35,092 nucleotides of DNA, taken from the IMG/VR virus record IMGVR_UViG_3300011338_000225, positions 1-35,092 of that record; one strand, 5' to 3'. Shown piece after piece: positions 9,262 to 19,366 of the stretch. The notes under the pieces were generated by a model. The model had not been told where the DNA came from. It saw only the letters and a list, made by a program, of their open reading frames with translations, and did not search any database. Position 1 is the first letter of the stretch. Each line of letters begins with the position of its first letter. The DNA comes from a virus (Duplodnaviria; Caudoviricetes). Made by a program: the position numbers and the translations under genes.

Positions 9262-10685
9262 AATGCGTACTCCGTAATTACTAAGACACCAGCGTTGCCA
9301 GCAGCACCAGAAGCAGCGTTAATACTACTAGATGAGGTAGCTGACCCACCACCACCACCAGCACTATATCCAACTCCAACTGTCCCCGCAGTGGATGTCA
9401 CGGTTGATCCACTTCCCCCAACATTTGAATATGGCCCATATCTTGTGGCAAAGCCGTTATCAGATTGCCAAGGATTTGTTACACTTGTAGCGGCAGTAGT
9501 TGCCGTTACAGGCAAACCATCACCCCATACAATCATTGATGCTGTAGGCGTTGCAAGACCACCAACTCCACTACTTGCAAAAGTACTTGTAGAATTTAAG
9601 CCACCACCACCACCAGTACCTTGCCCAGCAGAATATGTTGTCCCACTAACAATTATAGATGTATTACCACCATCTCCACCATTTGTGCCAACTCCAGTAG
9701 AACCTGTTCTTCCAGCACCACCAGCACCACCAGCACCAACGGAAATGGTGTATGCTGTGCTTGGTGATACAGGAATCCATGCTTGGAAATTAGCACCGCT
9801 GCCGCCACCTTTGCCACCATTATTTTGCGCTCCCGTACCCGATCTACTACCGCCGCCACCACCTCCACCGCCGCCAAAAGCCATAACCATGATTAAGTTG
9901 CAACCTGCTGGTGTTGTGTAGGACGTGCCAGATGTCTTGATTTGTGGAGCGCGGAGAAGCTGACCAGATGATGATGGAGTGGCTAAAGTGGTCCATGAAG
10001 GAGCCGCTGCCGCACCACCTGATGTTAGTACCTGACCAGATGTTCCGTAGTTTGCACCGCCAATGCCGATTTGCCCTGCCGAGGCAACCCGCACTTTTTC
10101 AGTGCCACCAGTAGCTACGCCTACCGTATCTGCGGCGGGGTAAAACACACCCGTGTTGGTGTCGCCAGTTGTGGTAATCGCTGGGAGAGCCGCAGTGCCT
10201 GCCCCAAATTCGATATTCCCGCTCGTATTCGCCGTCATCGCCGTGGTCGCACCGTTATTGCCGACCTTCAGAGCGATGCTGTCGGACGTACCGACACCGG
10301 ATGTCGATTTGAGCGTCAGCGTAGATGATACGGCGCTCCCGCCAACCACGGTCGGAGCGTTGACCGTTGTTATATTACCAGTCGTCGCAGCCACAGTCGT
10401 CGCAGTCGCAGTCGTGAACGTACCAGCCGCAGCCGTCGTGCCGCCAATCGCGACGTTGTTGATGGTCCCGCCACCGTTCATTGAGCCAGTGAGCGTCAGC
10501 GTCCCCGCGACAGCCAGCGTCTTGCCCGAGCCGACGTTCAACCCAACCGAGGTGCCGGTTCCTGCGGCAGCGAACAGAGCGTCTACCGTGTCCCAGTCTG
10601 CGTTGGTCTTCGTCCCCCACGTATCCCGTGACGCGCCGACTTCCGGCTTCGTCAGGTTGAGGTTTGCGGTATAACTATCAGCCAT
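9258..10685 (-). CDS. Tail fibre protein with glycine-rich C-terminal domain
   Basis: [18 protein letters not shown] anchor, [11 protein letters not shown] junction, GGGGGGG domain ending GVLVITEY. Confidence 0.85.
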   Translation of the reverse strand: MADSYTANLNLTKPEVGASRDTWGTKTNADWDTVDALFAAAGTGTSVGLNVGSGKTLAVAGTLTLTGSMNGGGTINNVAIGGTTAAAGTFTTATATTVAATTGNITTVNAPTVVGGSAVSSTLTLKSTSGVGTSDSIALKVGNNGATTAMTANTSGNIEFGAGTAALPAITTTGDTNTGVFYPAADTVGVATGGTEKVRVASAGQIGIGGANYGTSGQVLTSGGAAAAPSWTTLATPSSSGQLLRAPQIKTSGTSYTTPAGCNLIMVMAFGGGGGGGGGSRSGTGAQNNGGKGGGSGANFQAWIPVSPSTAYTISVGAGGAGGAGRTGSTGVGTNGGDGGNTSIIVSGTTYSAGQGTGGGGGLNSTSTFASSGVGGLATPTASMIVWGDGLPVTATTAATSVTNPWQSDNGFATRYGPYSNVGGSGSTVTSTAGTVGVGYSAGGGGGSATSSSSINAASGAAGNAGVLVITEYAL

Positions 10686-10694
10686 CGTTAGCTC

Positions 10695-11519
10695 CTACTG
10701 CCATGTCTGTGGCGATACGCTCGCCGGTGTCCAAGTATCGCCATCTATATCCAGCACCGCCCACGAACCGCCAGAGACGCCTACCGGCGTCCACATCTCG
10801 TCAGACACTGTCTCGGCTGACCACGTCTCTGCGGGGACCGCGTCTGGCTCCCACAAGTAGCGACCGTTTGCCGTCATCCCAGATACTGCACCGGCTTCTG
10901 CTATGCCTATCCTGACACGTATAGCATCCGCGAATGCATCGCTAAATCCATTGACACTTAATACACCAGAATAAGTCGCAGTGCTACTCGCACTTGCGTC
11001 GCTTGATGCCGCCATTACTACTTCGGGTATCCTGACCCTGATAGCCGTAAAGTTTGCGTCGCTGCTTGAAGCACCAGTACCAGACGCGAGCTGAACGACG
11101 TATGGGTCTGCGCTTGCATTACTCTGAGACGCTGACACCATAGCCGCAGGCTGAACGCGGATAACGGTAGCTGAAGCGTTGCTCTGCGCGGGGATAGTCT
11201 CAGATGCACCCTGAACCCACTGCGCGACCGCTGTCGCTGCTGTAGTTGCCGCCATCACTACGGCAACTGACTTTACCATTACGGCTGATGATGATGCGTC
11301 AGTAGTTGAGACGGCCTGTAACTGCGCAGTCCTGACGCGTACTACTGCCGCTGCCGCATCGCTCTGCGCGGTGGCTGTTGCTGCGGCTGCCGATCGCTCA
11401 ACGGCTGCGGCTGTAGAATCGCTGGTGGCGGCCATAGTGGCTGCGGCGTCTACAATCAGAGCCTGACCGTATACGCCTACGCCGTAGTCAAAGGAGCCGT
11501 AGTCGCGACCGTTCGCCAT
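10695..11519 (-). CDS. Ala/Ser/Thr-rich repeat virion fibre protein
   Basis: 274 aa, about 20-aa periodic repeats, C-terminal Trp every 10 residues. Confidence 0.7.
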   Translation of the reverse strand: MANGRDYGSFDYGVGVYGQALIVDAAATMAATSDSTAAAVERSAAAATATAQSDAAAAVVRVRTAQLQAVSTTDASSSAVMVKSVAVVMAATTAATAVAQWVQGASETIPAQSNASATVIRVQPAAMVSASQSNASADPYVVQLASGTGASSSDANFTAIRVRIPEVVMAASSDASASSTATYSGVLSVNGFSDAFADAIRVRIGIAEAGAVSGMTANGRYLWEPDAVPAETWSAETVSDEMWTPVGVSGGSWAVLDIDGDTWTPASVSPQTWQ

Positions 11520-11520
11520 A

Positions 11521-11913
11521 TTAGTCGAGCGTGATTACGAGTGTGCCGGTGTTAAAGCGCAGCACGTCTCCGGTGTCGATGGTCTTCGACGTCGTCAAGT
11601 TCGCGAATGCGAGAAGGTTGCCACCTGAGAGCGCATCAAACACGCCAGCCGCTACAATCGTACCCCACGAACCGCCAGCGGTTGGATACTCGATCGCGGC
11701 GCTGTTTGCGGCCTGAGTTGGGGCCGTACCAGTCACGGAGAACGTGCCGCTCTGTCGAACGTACGACGTGCCGGAGCACTCTGTACCGCCACCAGTCTCG
11801 CCCGGCGCGACTGTGTATAGCGCGACGTACCACGCCGTAGGTCGAGTGGCGGCAGACGCCGTGAAGAGCCACGTTAGGTTGAGGTTCTCTGCGTAATTGG
11901 TAAATCCGGCCAT
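11521..11913 (-). CDS. Virion structural protein (fibre-associated)
   Basis: WYVALYT...SYVRQ...WGTI...G.FDALSGGNLL...KTIDTGD pattern common in phage structural modules; GGAG RBS. Confidence 0.75.
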   Translation of the reverse strand: MAGFTNYAENLNLTWLFTASAATRPTAWYVALYTVAPGETGGGTECSGTSYVRQSGTFSVTGTAPTQAANSAAIEYPTAGGSWGTIVAAGVFDALSGGNLLAFANLTTSKTIDTGDVLRFNTGTLVITLD

Positions 11914-11922
11914 GGTAGCTCC

Positions 11923-12543
11923 TTATCCGTAGGTGATGCGTGTACGGGCAACGAGAGGCCCACCAGAGTGCGTTGAAGCGGTGCTCTCATCGTTGAGAGC
12001 TTCGAAGCGTGTCGAGTACATCGACGCGAATGTCGGTATCCGCTGATCGTCCATCAGGAACGGCGACGCGTGTACGAGTGCACCATACAGGTACAGGTCA
12101 GGCGCTTTAGTCAGCAGCCAATTCGTCGTCGCAGTCGTGGAGAGTGCGGGCACCTTGCCGTAGTAAATCATCTCGATCTCGACATCGCTGCCGGGGGCTG
12201 GGACGAGTTCGATCGCGCCATTCATCAGAGAGTAGAACGTCGAGGCGGTGTAGTTCTGCAACTTGTTGATGCGGTCTGCCTCATCAAGCGTCACAAAACG
12301 CAGCGGCTGCTGGCCATCGACGATGTGCATATTGATCGCCTCAAGCCAGTTTGATGGGAGCTGCACGTACTCAGCCGAGCTGGTAGCTGTCGCACGGACA
12401 ATCATCTCGCGGGTACGCAGGCGCGTATTGATGTCTGCCTCAACGAATTGGATGAACACGGGTATCTGAGCCGTGAGGTCTTCCCGGTTGAGCCAAGCCG
12501 CGATCTGCGACTGGAGAGATGCGTAGTCGGTGATTGTGGTCAT
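11923..12543 (-). CDS. Head-tail adaptor protein
   Basis: ITDYASLQSQIAAWLNREDL, TNWLLTKAPDLYLYGAL motifs; follows capsid genes. Confidence 0.8.
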   Translation of the reverse strand: MTTITDYASLQSQIAAWLNREDLTAQIPVFIQFVEADINTRLRTREMIVRATATSSAEYVQLPSNWLEAINMHIVDGQQPLRFVTLDEADRINKLQNYTASTFYSLMNGAIELVPAPGSDVEIEMIYYGKVPALSTTATTNWLLTKAPDLYLYGALVHASPFLMDDQRIPTFASMYSTRFEALNDESTASTHSGGPLVARTRITYG

Positions 12544-12866
12544 CCGTTCATCCAGTGCGTCTTGTATGGGGCGGCTTCTTCAGACTTCAGCCAGCGGCGC
12601 ATTGCGATTGTATCGCGCAGGATGGCGCGCTGCAAAAGGTCAAGGTGTACGGCCATCGGGATGCGAGCAACTCGCACCATGTCGCCTGATTTCGTAGTGC
12701 GGGAGACGTCGTTGCGGATTGCGATGTTCTCTTCAGCAATCGCGTCGATCTGCGTCTCGTTCGTGAAGTGCATCTTGCCGTCGGTGTCGACGTGCATCTT
12801 AGACATTTCGCCTGAGAATGAATCGTAACCGAGCGTGAAAACTCCGGGGGCAAACTCTTCGGCCAT
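12540..12866 (-). CDS. Hypothetical protein downstream of capsid gene
   Basis: 108 aa, AGGA RBS, ATGA coupling to adaptor. Confidence 0.75.
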   Translation of the reverse strand: MAEEFAPGVFTLGYDSFSGEMSKMHVDTDGKMHFTNETQIDAIAEENIAIRNDVSRTTKSGDMVRVARIPMAVHLDLLQRAILRDTIAMRRWLKSEEAAPYKTHWMNG

Positions 12867-12887
12867 CTGTGGTTCCTATGTGTGAGG

Positions 12888-12909
12888 GGGGCCGGTGTTA
12901 CCCGGCCCC
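12888..12909 (-). terminator. GC-rich hairpin after capsid gene (weak terminator or mRNA stabiliser)
   Basis: GGGGCCGG-tgttac-CCGGCCCC; no U-tract. Confidence 0.5.
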
Positions 12910-12916
12910 GATCATA

Positions 12917-13897
12917 TTAAGCAGATGGTGTGAGGTTCGCAATCGCGGCAGCGGACAGCTCGTTCTTCACGCGCAGGCCGTATTCCACGATGAGTTCCTT
13001 CTTCGTCGAGTCGCCAACGGCGGCGATGTCGAGGGTTTCGTATGGGCGGAGGTACGAGATAGAGGCGTACTCTGGGTCCATGACGATAGCGAAGCGCTCG
13101 TCGAAGAAGCGGTTAGGCACAATCGCCACCTGACCGAAGTCCGAGAGGTAGATGTCAGCGGTCGCAACGATCTTCAGCGGTGCCGCCGAGTCGTTGTACA
13201 TACGCTGCTGCGCGAGGCCAGCGAAGCCGGATGCGACGGTCTTGTTGTATGGACCGGTCATCAGGATCGACGGCTCACCGCCCTGCGTCCAGACGCTCTG
13301 GATCGCGGTCTTGAGCATCGTCTCGGTGAAGGCGACGTCAGTCGCGGTCGAGAGAGATGTCCAAGCGGCGTTTGGATAGCCGTTTGGCGAGGAGGACAGC
13401 GTAGGTGCTACTGCGCTGTTGGCGATGCTGTTGGTGCGGAGCCACGCAGGCAGACCGGCAGTGGTACGGGCTGCTGACGAGCTACCAGCAGAAGCGGCTT
13501 GGTTCGAGCAGATGATCTTCTCGACGTCGCGCTTCAGCTCCTTCGCCTTCTTAGCCGTTTCGTAGGCCAAGAGAGTGCGCATACCAGCCATGTTGACCGA
13601 CTGTGCGGTGCCGGAGACGGCCACGATCTTCGTGGAAATCTGCGTGTAGTTCGCGACGCGGTTGGTGGCAACGAAGTCAGCGTCACCGGCGGTTGCGCCT
13701 TCGACTGCTGCGTTTGAGCCGTCTGCGGCTGCGAGCTGGTCTGTCTGCCACTCGAAATATGTGTTGTCAGCCGTGTCACGACCGATGTTTGAGGTCATCG
13801 GGGTGCTGGTTGGGCTGATGTTGTAGATGATGTTCGAAAGGTCTTCGCGCATCGAATTGACCGCCTGATAGGTGGTCGCTTTTGTAACTGAAGCCAT
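12917..13897 (-). CDS. Major capsid protein (DUF5309/SU10-type)
   Basis: REDLSNIIYNISPTSTP, FEWQTDQL, NYTQI, KELKRDVE, SDFG, GDSTK...EYGL motifs; AGGAG RBS. Confidence 0.92.
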   Translation of the reverse strand: MASVTKATTYQAVNSMREDLSNIIYNISPTSTPMTSNIGRDTADNTYFEWQTDQLAAADGSNAAVEGATAGDADFVATNRVANYTQISTKIVAVSGTAQSVNMAGMRTLLAYETAKKAKELKRDVEKIICSNQAASAGSSSAARTTAGLPAWLRTNSIANSAVAPTLSSSPNGYPNAAWTSLSTATDVAFTETMLKTAIQSVWTQGGEPSILMTGPYNKTVASGFAGLAQQRMYNDSAAPLKIVATADIYLSDFGQVAIVPNRFFDERFAIVMDPEYASISYLRPYETLDIAAVGDSTKKELIVEYGLRVKNELSAAAIANLTPSA

Positions 13898-13899
13898 GA

Positions 13900-14925
13900 C
13901 TATTTTCTCCTGTCGAGAAGTCCAAAAAGTTTAGCAGCGTCGTCGACGCTACCGGTTTTACTGAGACGATCCTTTGCACGAGAAATTTCCGTCGCTGCGC
14001 GTGGAGTGTTCGCGATAGTGCCTGAACGCATTGGCTTCGGCCCATTAGCCTGATCAGGCTTCGGTCGATTGGCCATCATTGCGTCGTAGCGTCTCGCTTT
14101 ATCAAGCACCAAGATCGCTCGTGGATCGTATGCGGCTCCGAGTTCCTCGTCCGTATAGCCAACCTTCTGGCCATAGTCGCGAAGCCTGCTCCTTGCCTCG
14201 TTCCACTTCTTCTCGTCTTTCCACTCCGGCACCTTGTCGAACAGGTATTCCCTACCACGCTCGACCATGTGCTGAAGCTGCGCTTGCTCCTGCTGAGATG
14301 CCATGTGAGCCATACGTTCGCGCTCGGCTCCTGTCGCAGCCACGCGCTCCTTATAGTCTCGCCACTGCTTCTCGACGATTGGGAAGTTGAGCGGGTCATC
14401 ACGATGCAGTTGTTCCCAGTTGGGTTCCTGCGGCGCGAATTGCTGTAGCTGCTGGTGCAGCGCATTAATGAGCTGACCGTACTGCTGCCTCTCCACTTCC
14501 ACTTGCTGGCGCTCCTGCGCGAAGGTCTGCACCTCCTGCTTTAGCGCCTGCGTCTTCCGCGTGTAATCGGAGTTCCGTTGGTAGCCTTCGAGAGCCTCCT
14601 TCAGCGTGATGTTCTCAGTCTTGCCGTTAATCTTAACGGTGACAAGTGCGTCAAGCGGAAGCGGCTCTGTATCTGCCCCTTCAGTCTCCTCGGAATACTC
14701 CGGCTCTTCACCGTCAGGAGCAGCGTCATACGCTGGGTCGGCCCCATCCGATTCAGTCTCTTCGCCTTCATAATCCGACGCCTCGGCCTCTGGAGCCTCG
14801 GCAGTGGTAGCGGTTCTCTTGGGTGCTTCGGGTTGGCCATCTCTGGCTCCCAGTAGGGCATCCATTTGCGCTGCTACTTCTGCAATACCGAGTTCCCCGC
14901 CCGGGGATTGTTCGGCTGATACCAT
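13900..14925 (-). CDS. Capsid scaffolding protein
   Basis: Acidic N-terminus, VKINGK...GYQRNSDYTRKTQ, coiled coil, KTGSVDDAA C-terminus; precedes capsid gene. Confidence 0.85.
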   Translation of the reverse strand: MVSAEQSPGGELGIAEVAAQMDALLGARDGQPEAPKRTATTAEAPEAEASDYEGEETESDGADPAYDAAPDGEEPEYSEETEGADTEPLPLDALVTVKINGKTENITLKEALEGYQRNSDYTRKTQALKQEVQTFAQERQQVEVERQQYGQLINALHQQLQQFAPQEPNWEQLHRDDPLNFPIVEKQWRDYKERVAATGAERERMAHMASQQEQAQLQHMVERGREYLFDKVPEWKDEKKWNEARSRLRDYGQKVGYTDEELGAAYDPRAILVLDKARRYDAMMANRPKPDQANGPKPMRSGTIANTPRAATEISRAKDRLSKTGSVDDAAKLFGLLDRRK

Positions 14926-14938
14926 CTTAAATACTCCC

Positions 14939-15196
14939 TTATGGGCCGCGTTTCAAGCGGCGGTTAAAGGCGGTCACAGTCGGCTCTGCGGCAAGCGCAG
15001 TTAGCTCGTTTCTGAACTCGCCTATGGCACGCACCATCCGGTACGCATCATCCCTCTCGTCGCCCCGATCTGGGTGCGACATCTTCCATTTCTCAATATA
15101 CGCCTGCTCCATGCGGCGCAGGACTTCGTCCGTCGCCCTGTCACGCGACAGGGCTGTCGCGGCGCGGTAGATGTCTTCCAGTTCGTGAGGGGTCAT
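14939..15196 (-). CDS. Hypothetical protein between portal and scaffold
   Basis: 85 aa helical ORF with RBS. Confidence 0.75.
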   Translation of the reverse strand: MTPHELEDIYRAATALSRDRATDEVLRRMEQAYIEKWKMSHPDRGDERDDAYRMVRAIGEFRNELTALAAEPTVTAFNRRLKRGP

Positions 15197-15205
15197 TGCG
15201 TCCTA

Positions 15206-17479
15206 TTACATCATCTGCGGGGGCATTGGCGGCATCATCTGCGGTGCCGGTGCCGGTTGCGGTATCTGCTGAGTGTTCAACATTGCCTGTTCGCGCTGCG
15301 CTTGGAGATTGAACATCTCCTGTATCTCAGTGCGCTGGCGGTTCACTTCGGCGTTGATCATCGCCATATCTACCTGAGAGCCATACTTGGCCTCGATCTC
15401 TGCCGCCTTCAGCATCGCGTCTACCATGAGCTGATCGCGCTTGAAGTCAGCGTCGGCCTGCGCCTTCTTCGTCTCCAGCTCCTGCTTCGCGGCAGCGATC
15501 AGGATGTCGGCCTCGATCTGCTTCGCCTGAACCTGAGCGAGCATCTCGGTCGGGTCCATCGGCTTCTTCTGCTGCGACATCTGCTGCATATACGCATCAA
15601 CTGCCGCCGGATCGACTTCCTTCACGAACTGCGCCGGGTCTTGGAAGCCAGACAACTCGATCACCTGAGCCAGCGTATTGCGGTACTGTTGGAGGTCGAC
15701 GAGTGGGTTATTCGGACCGTATTTCTCGATCACTTCCTTCTGCTGCGCCAATATCTGCATCAGGAACATCATGCGCTGCTCGTCTGAGCCGCGACCGAGC
15801 GCGATGTTGACGACCATGTCCATGTCGGCGTCCCAACCGCGTGGGTCAATCGGCACGAACTTGTTGCGCAGGCGGATGATCTTCGGCTTATCCTGATGCT
15901 GCACGACGAGCTTCAGCAATCCTTGGAAGCAGCGCTTCAATCCGTCGGCGAACAGGCGAGCGATCATCTCGATGCGCTCCTGCGACGACGAGAGCTGTGC
16001 CTGCACGGCTGACCGGGTGGTTGACTGCAACACGTCACCGTCAAGCCCCTGCGATGCGCGTGAGAGGCCAGTGCGCTGCGTCTTCACGTCGTCGAGGTAC
16101 GCGAGCACCCCGAGAGCCGGTTGGCCGACGAACGGCGTCGAGAGAGCCTGAACGGCACCCATCGAGCGCATACGGATCACGGCACCCGTCTCGTTGTTCA
16201 TCACGTCGTCCATGTTGACCTGTGATTCGACGACGGCTGTACGTGGGTGTATCGACTGCGCGAGGCTGTCAAGCGTGTTGCGGACGATAGACGACTTGAT
16301 GAGCTGCAAGTCCATCGTCTGATCGGCAATCGACTTGCCAAAGATTGTGTGTGGCGTCGGATCCGGCGAGAGCAATGCAAATGGTGCCTGCTGGACGATC
16401 TCGTCGTGCAGGACGACTGCGCCATTCCCGACCGTGCAGACCTTGTGCAGCTCCGCAATCCCGTCGCCGTCCTTGTCGATGCGGATATACGCCTCGACGT
16501 AGTATACCTTGTCCGTGCTCTCGTCCGGCCCCTGCGAGATGCCGAAGAACGACTGGTCTGCCGGGTTACGTGCGAGCGTCTCCATGTTCATCTCGAAGCC
16601 ACCGGAACCGGCGTTCTCCTCGATGATCTCACGCGGGTATCCCATCGCCACCAACTCAGACACCGTCGCCAGCTTGCGCCGGCCGACAATAATTGCCTCG
16701 TCGATTGTTGGTGCCTCGTTGTCGATCAGGAACTGCTCTGGGGGGATGCACTCGACGATGTAGCGCGGCGTTCTGTTGACGCGCCTGACGCGCATCGAGA
16801 TCGTCGGTGGCTCCACAGCCATCATCGGGTCCATCGGGATGACATTGGTCTGCGTCTGCGACATCGACATGTGCTCGGACATCTCGATCATCTCGATCCC
16901 CGGCTGGGACAGGATGAACGCGGCCTCCTCCTGCGACAGGCCGGAGTAGTTGTACTCCTCGACCGCCTCGTCGGTGCGGACGTACCACGTCAGCACGCCA
17001 TCCTTCAGCGTAAGCGCGTCCTTCATGGCGTCGTGCAGGATGCGGAAGCCGTTGTTCTCTTGGCTGAAGATGTATTCGATCAAGTCAGTCATCTGCTCGG
17101 CAGCTTCGACGTCCTCGGCATTCTTCGGCACAAACTCAAGCGTCTTGGTGCCGCCGACAAAGATGCGGAGAAGCGACGGCATCATCGCCAAGATCGTGTC
17201 GCGCACCTCGGTCATGACAACTTGAGAGCGGCCCTCTTCCTCATTGCCAAACGGATTTCCGAGGTAGTAATTCATTGCCGCCTCGCGCTCTGGCGCGATG
17301 TAGCTGTCGATGTATGTCGCGCAGTCCTCAATGGCCTGCCGCACGCGGTATCGAAAGTCCTCCTCATCCATCGGCTGGTCGGATGACGGGACGAGCATTC
17401 CGCTGTCGTCGTTCATCACGCGCATCGGGATCATCTCGGGATCGTATCCACCGCCGAGGGAGAAGTCTTCGTTTGCCAT
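15206..17479 (-). CDS. Portal protein (P22/SU10-like)
   Basis: YYLGNPFGNEEEGRSQVV..EVRDTI, PPEQFLID, YIRIDKDGDGIAE motifs; Gln/Pro-rich coiled-coil tail; start taken at ATG 17479. Confidence 0.92.
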   Translation of the reverse strand: MANEDFSLGGGYDPEMIPMRVMNDDSGMLVPSSDQPMDEEDFRYRVRQAIEDCATYIDSYIAPEREAAMNYYLGNPFGNEEEGRSQVVMTEVRDTILAMMPSLLRIFVGGTKTLEFVPKNAEDVEAAEQMTDLIEYIFSQENNGFRILHDAMKDALTLKDGVLTWYVRTDEAVEEYNYSGLSQEEAAFILSQPGIEMIEMSEHMSMSQTQTNVIPMDPMMAVEPPTISMRVRRVNRTPRYIVECIPPEQFLIDNEAPTIDEAIIVGRRKLATVSELVAMGYPREIIEENAGSGGFEMNMETLARNPADQSFFGISQGPDESTDKVYYVEAYIRIDKDGDGIAELHKVCTVGNGAVVLHDEIVQQAPFALLSPDPTPHTIFGKSIADQTMDLQLIKSSIVRNTLDSLAQSIHPRTAVVESQVNMDDVMNNETGAVIRMRSMGAVQALSTPFVGQPALGVLAYLDDVKTQRTGLSRASQGLDGDVLQSTTRSAVQAQLSSSQERIEMIARLFADGLKRCFQGLLKLVVQHQDKPKIIRLRNKFVPIDPRGWDADMDMVVNIALGRGSDEQRMMFLMQILAQQKEVIEKYGPNNPLVDLQQYRNTLAQVIELSGFQDPAQFVKEVDPAAVDAYMQQMSQQKKPMDPTEMLAQVQAKQIEADILIAAAKQELETKKAQADADFKRDQLMVDAMLKAAEIEAKYGSQVDMAMINAEVNRQRTEIQEMFNLQAQREQAMLNTQQIPQPAPAPQMMPPMPPQMM

Positions 17480-17483
17480 GTGC

Positions 17484-18035
17484 CTATACCTTTCGAACAC
17501 GCCACCACGACCAGCCACGTTCTGTGCCGATCTCTGGCTTTGGGAATACTTCTCTCACAGCTTGACCCACCCCGTCCATAGGGTAGTCGTCGCCGCCGAT
17601 AACGCCACCCGGCTTCACCTTCGGGAGCCACGCTTTAATGTCAGCCAAAACCGAATCGTAGTCGTGACCGGCGTCGATCCAGACGAAGTCGCAGCTCTCG
17701 TCCGCGAACTTGTCGGCTGCGACTGGGCTTTCGCTTCGGTGGATGACGAGGTTCAGCCCGTCGATGCGCTTCATGTTGGCGCGGAATATCTTCGCGACGT
17801 TCTTGATCTCGGGATCGGATAGGTGGACGTCGTCGCTGCCCTTCCAGTGATCGACGCAGTTGAACTCAATGGCCTTGCCGGAGTTGACGATCTCGACGCC
17901 CATAAACGCTGCGGATCGCCCCTTCCAGCAGCCAAGCTCGACGAACACTGCGCCATCCTTCGCCGACGCCACGGCTTCGAGGTATGGCTTTGAGAACTGG
18001 AACCAGCCCTCGATGTCCTGATAGAAGTGCTTCAC
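17484..18035 (-). CDS. Class I SAM-dependent methyltransferase (Methyltransf_24-like)
   Basis: VELGCWKGRS, DFVWIDAGHDY, VKPGGVIGGDDY; GTG start coupled to upstream stop. Confidence 0.9.
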   Translation of the reverse strand: MKHFYQDIEGWFQFSKPYLEAVASAKDGAVFVELGCWKGRSAAFMGVEIVNSGKAIEFNCVDHWKGSDDVHLSDPEIKNVAKIFRANMKRIDGLNLVIHRSESPVAADKFADESCDFVWIDAGHDYDSVLADIKAWLPKVKPGGVIGGDDYPMDGVGQAVREVFPKPEIGTERGWSWWRVRKV

Positions 18036-18208
18036 TTGCGCTTCGCCTTTCCGGCTTCCGACAACGCAATAGCGATTGCCTGCTTGCGGCTCTTGGCGAG
18101 TGGTGCCTTGGCCGGACCCTTCGGGTTCACGCCAGCGTGCAGCGTACCCTTCTTGAACTCGCCCATCACCTTGCCAATCTTCGCCTGCGCCTTGCTCATC
18201 TTCTTCAT
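18032..18208 (-). CDS. Small basic protein (DUF6496-like), absent from ORF track
   Basis: 58 aa MKKMSKAQAKIGKVMGEFKKGTLHAG...SRKQAIAIALSEAGKAKRK; 4-nt overlaps at both ends. Confidence 0.8.
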   Translation of the reverse strand: MKKMSKAQAKIGKVMGEFKKGTLHAGVNPKGPAKAPLAKSRKQAIAIALSEAGKAKRK

Positions 18209-18888
18209 GCTGCTGCCCCTTCAACTTCGGCCGTTACCATTCTGTCCATGTCACGCTCGGCCTCGGCGTGCTCATGCGAAAACTCGAATACGCCTATGTG
18301 TCTCACTTCGGCTGACACGGCATTGTCGATCATAACCTTGAACCCGTACCTCTGCGCCAGCTTGCAGAAGTAGATATCCTCGCCCACGAACGCCTCGCTC
18401 TTTGGCGCGTACCCGATCTGGAACCACGGCTGCGGTAGCGCCTTGAACACTTGCGCCTTGACTAGCATCACGCCCATCCCGACTGCGTCCACCTCCTGCA
18501 TCCGCGACTGCGCATCACCCAGATAGATGCACTCCAGCTTCTCGAAATTAGAGAATGCGACCGTCTTCGTCGGCATCCTGCGCGTCGCATAGTTCGCAGC
18601 CACGATGTCGAGATCGTTTGCGATCATGCGGTGCGCGATGTTCTTCGGGAAGCGCATATCGCTGTCGAGGAACAGTATCCAGTCAGCGCCTTCCTTCAGC
18701 GCGATCTTGACGAGTTTCTGGCGCTGGTCTGCGATTAGCGTACCGCTAACCATGTGTATGTTGAACTTAGAGCCAATGGGCGCTGCGCCGTACCAGTGCG
18801 CGGACATTGTTGCCAAGTCGTGCGCGAACCCGGCGTCGACGTGGTCGCGTGCCGGGATGCAGATGGCTAGGTTGATCGGCTGCGTCAT
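18205..18888 (-). CDS. GT-A fold glycosyltransferase (GT2-like)
   Basis: LAICIPARD, DWILFLDSDMRF (DxD), GMGVMLVK, GEDIYFC, VRHIG. Confidence 0.85.
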   Translation of the reverse strand: MTQPINLAICIPARDHVDAGFAHDLATMSAHWYGAAPIGSKFNIHMVSGTLIADQRQKLVKIALKEGADWILFLDSDMRFPKNIAHRMIANDLDIVAANYATRRMPTKTVAFSNFEKLECIYLGDAQSRMQEVDAVGMGVMLVKAQVFKALPQPWFQIGYAPKSEAFVGEDIYFCKLAQRYGFKVMIDNAVSAEVRHIGVFEFSHEHAEAERDMDRMVTAEVEGAAA

Positions 18889-18892
18889 GGGA

Positions 18893-19366
18893 TCAGTCCT
18901 CGTCCTCGCCCATCATTGAACTGTGAGGCATATCTTCTTCGTCTGTATTAGCGTACTCACTCTCGGTGTCTCCGCCCTCATCAACCTGATCTGTGATCGG
19001 GCCTCCGACGATCCAAGCGTCGCACGTACGTTTAGCAGCGCACTTGAAGTCGAAGATTTCGCAGAAGCCCAAGTCTCCCGCATTGACGACATCCATTGCG
19101 TCGCGCTCATTGCCAGTCTTCCCCTCAATGCCCGTCTTCATGCACTCGATCATGCGTGACGTCTGGTTAAACGCGGCGCAGTTACCGCACCTCTGTGTCT
19201 TTGCCTCGTCGGGAGTTACGTCCCACGATCGGGCCTTGGCCGCCCAGTAGCGGTCATTCGGCTGGTTAGGGTCCATCGGGCCGTAGTTGGCCTTGTCGAT
19301 GGCCTTACCGCGATTGCGCAAGTTAGCCGTGATATCGTGCGTCTCGACGGGGCATGATTCAACCAT
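18893..19366 (-). CDS. Cys-rich protein with HiPIP-like cysteine spacing
   Basis: QRCGNCAAF...GFCEIFDFKCAAKRTCDAW; acidic tail. Confidence 0.65.
   Translation of the reverse strand: MVESCPVETHDITANLRNRGKAIDKANYGPMDPNQPNDRYWAAKARSWDVTPDEAKTQRCGNCAAFNQTSRMIECMKTGIEGKTGNERDAMDVVNAGDLGFCEIFDFKCAAKRTCDAWIVGGPITDQVDEGGDTESEYANTDEEDMPHSSMMGEDED

Noticed and set aside
9258-10685. Diversity-generating retroelement target
   Set aside because: No reverse transcriptase gene and no template/variable repeat pair
9046-11519. Invertible tail-fibre switch driven by the serine recombinase
   Set aside because: No inverted repeats or opposite-strand alternative fibre end seen
16247-17386. 379-aa plus-strand ORF (and similar ones at 4047-4811, 27135-28106, 29164-30000)
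   Set aside because: Antisense shadows of well-supported minus-strand genes in GC-rich DNA; no recognisable motifs
17484-18035. DNA methyltransferase
   Set aside because: Lacks DPPY/NPPY or PC motifs; matches the small-molecule/sugar methyltransferase pattern
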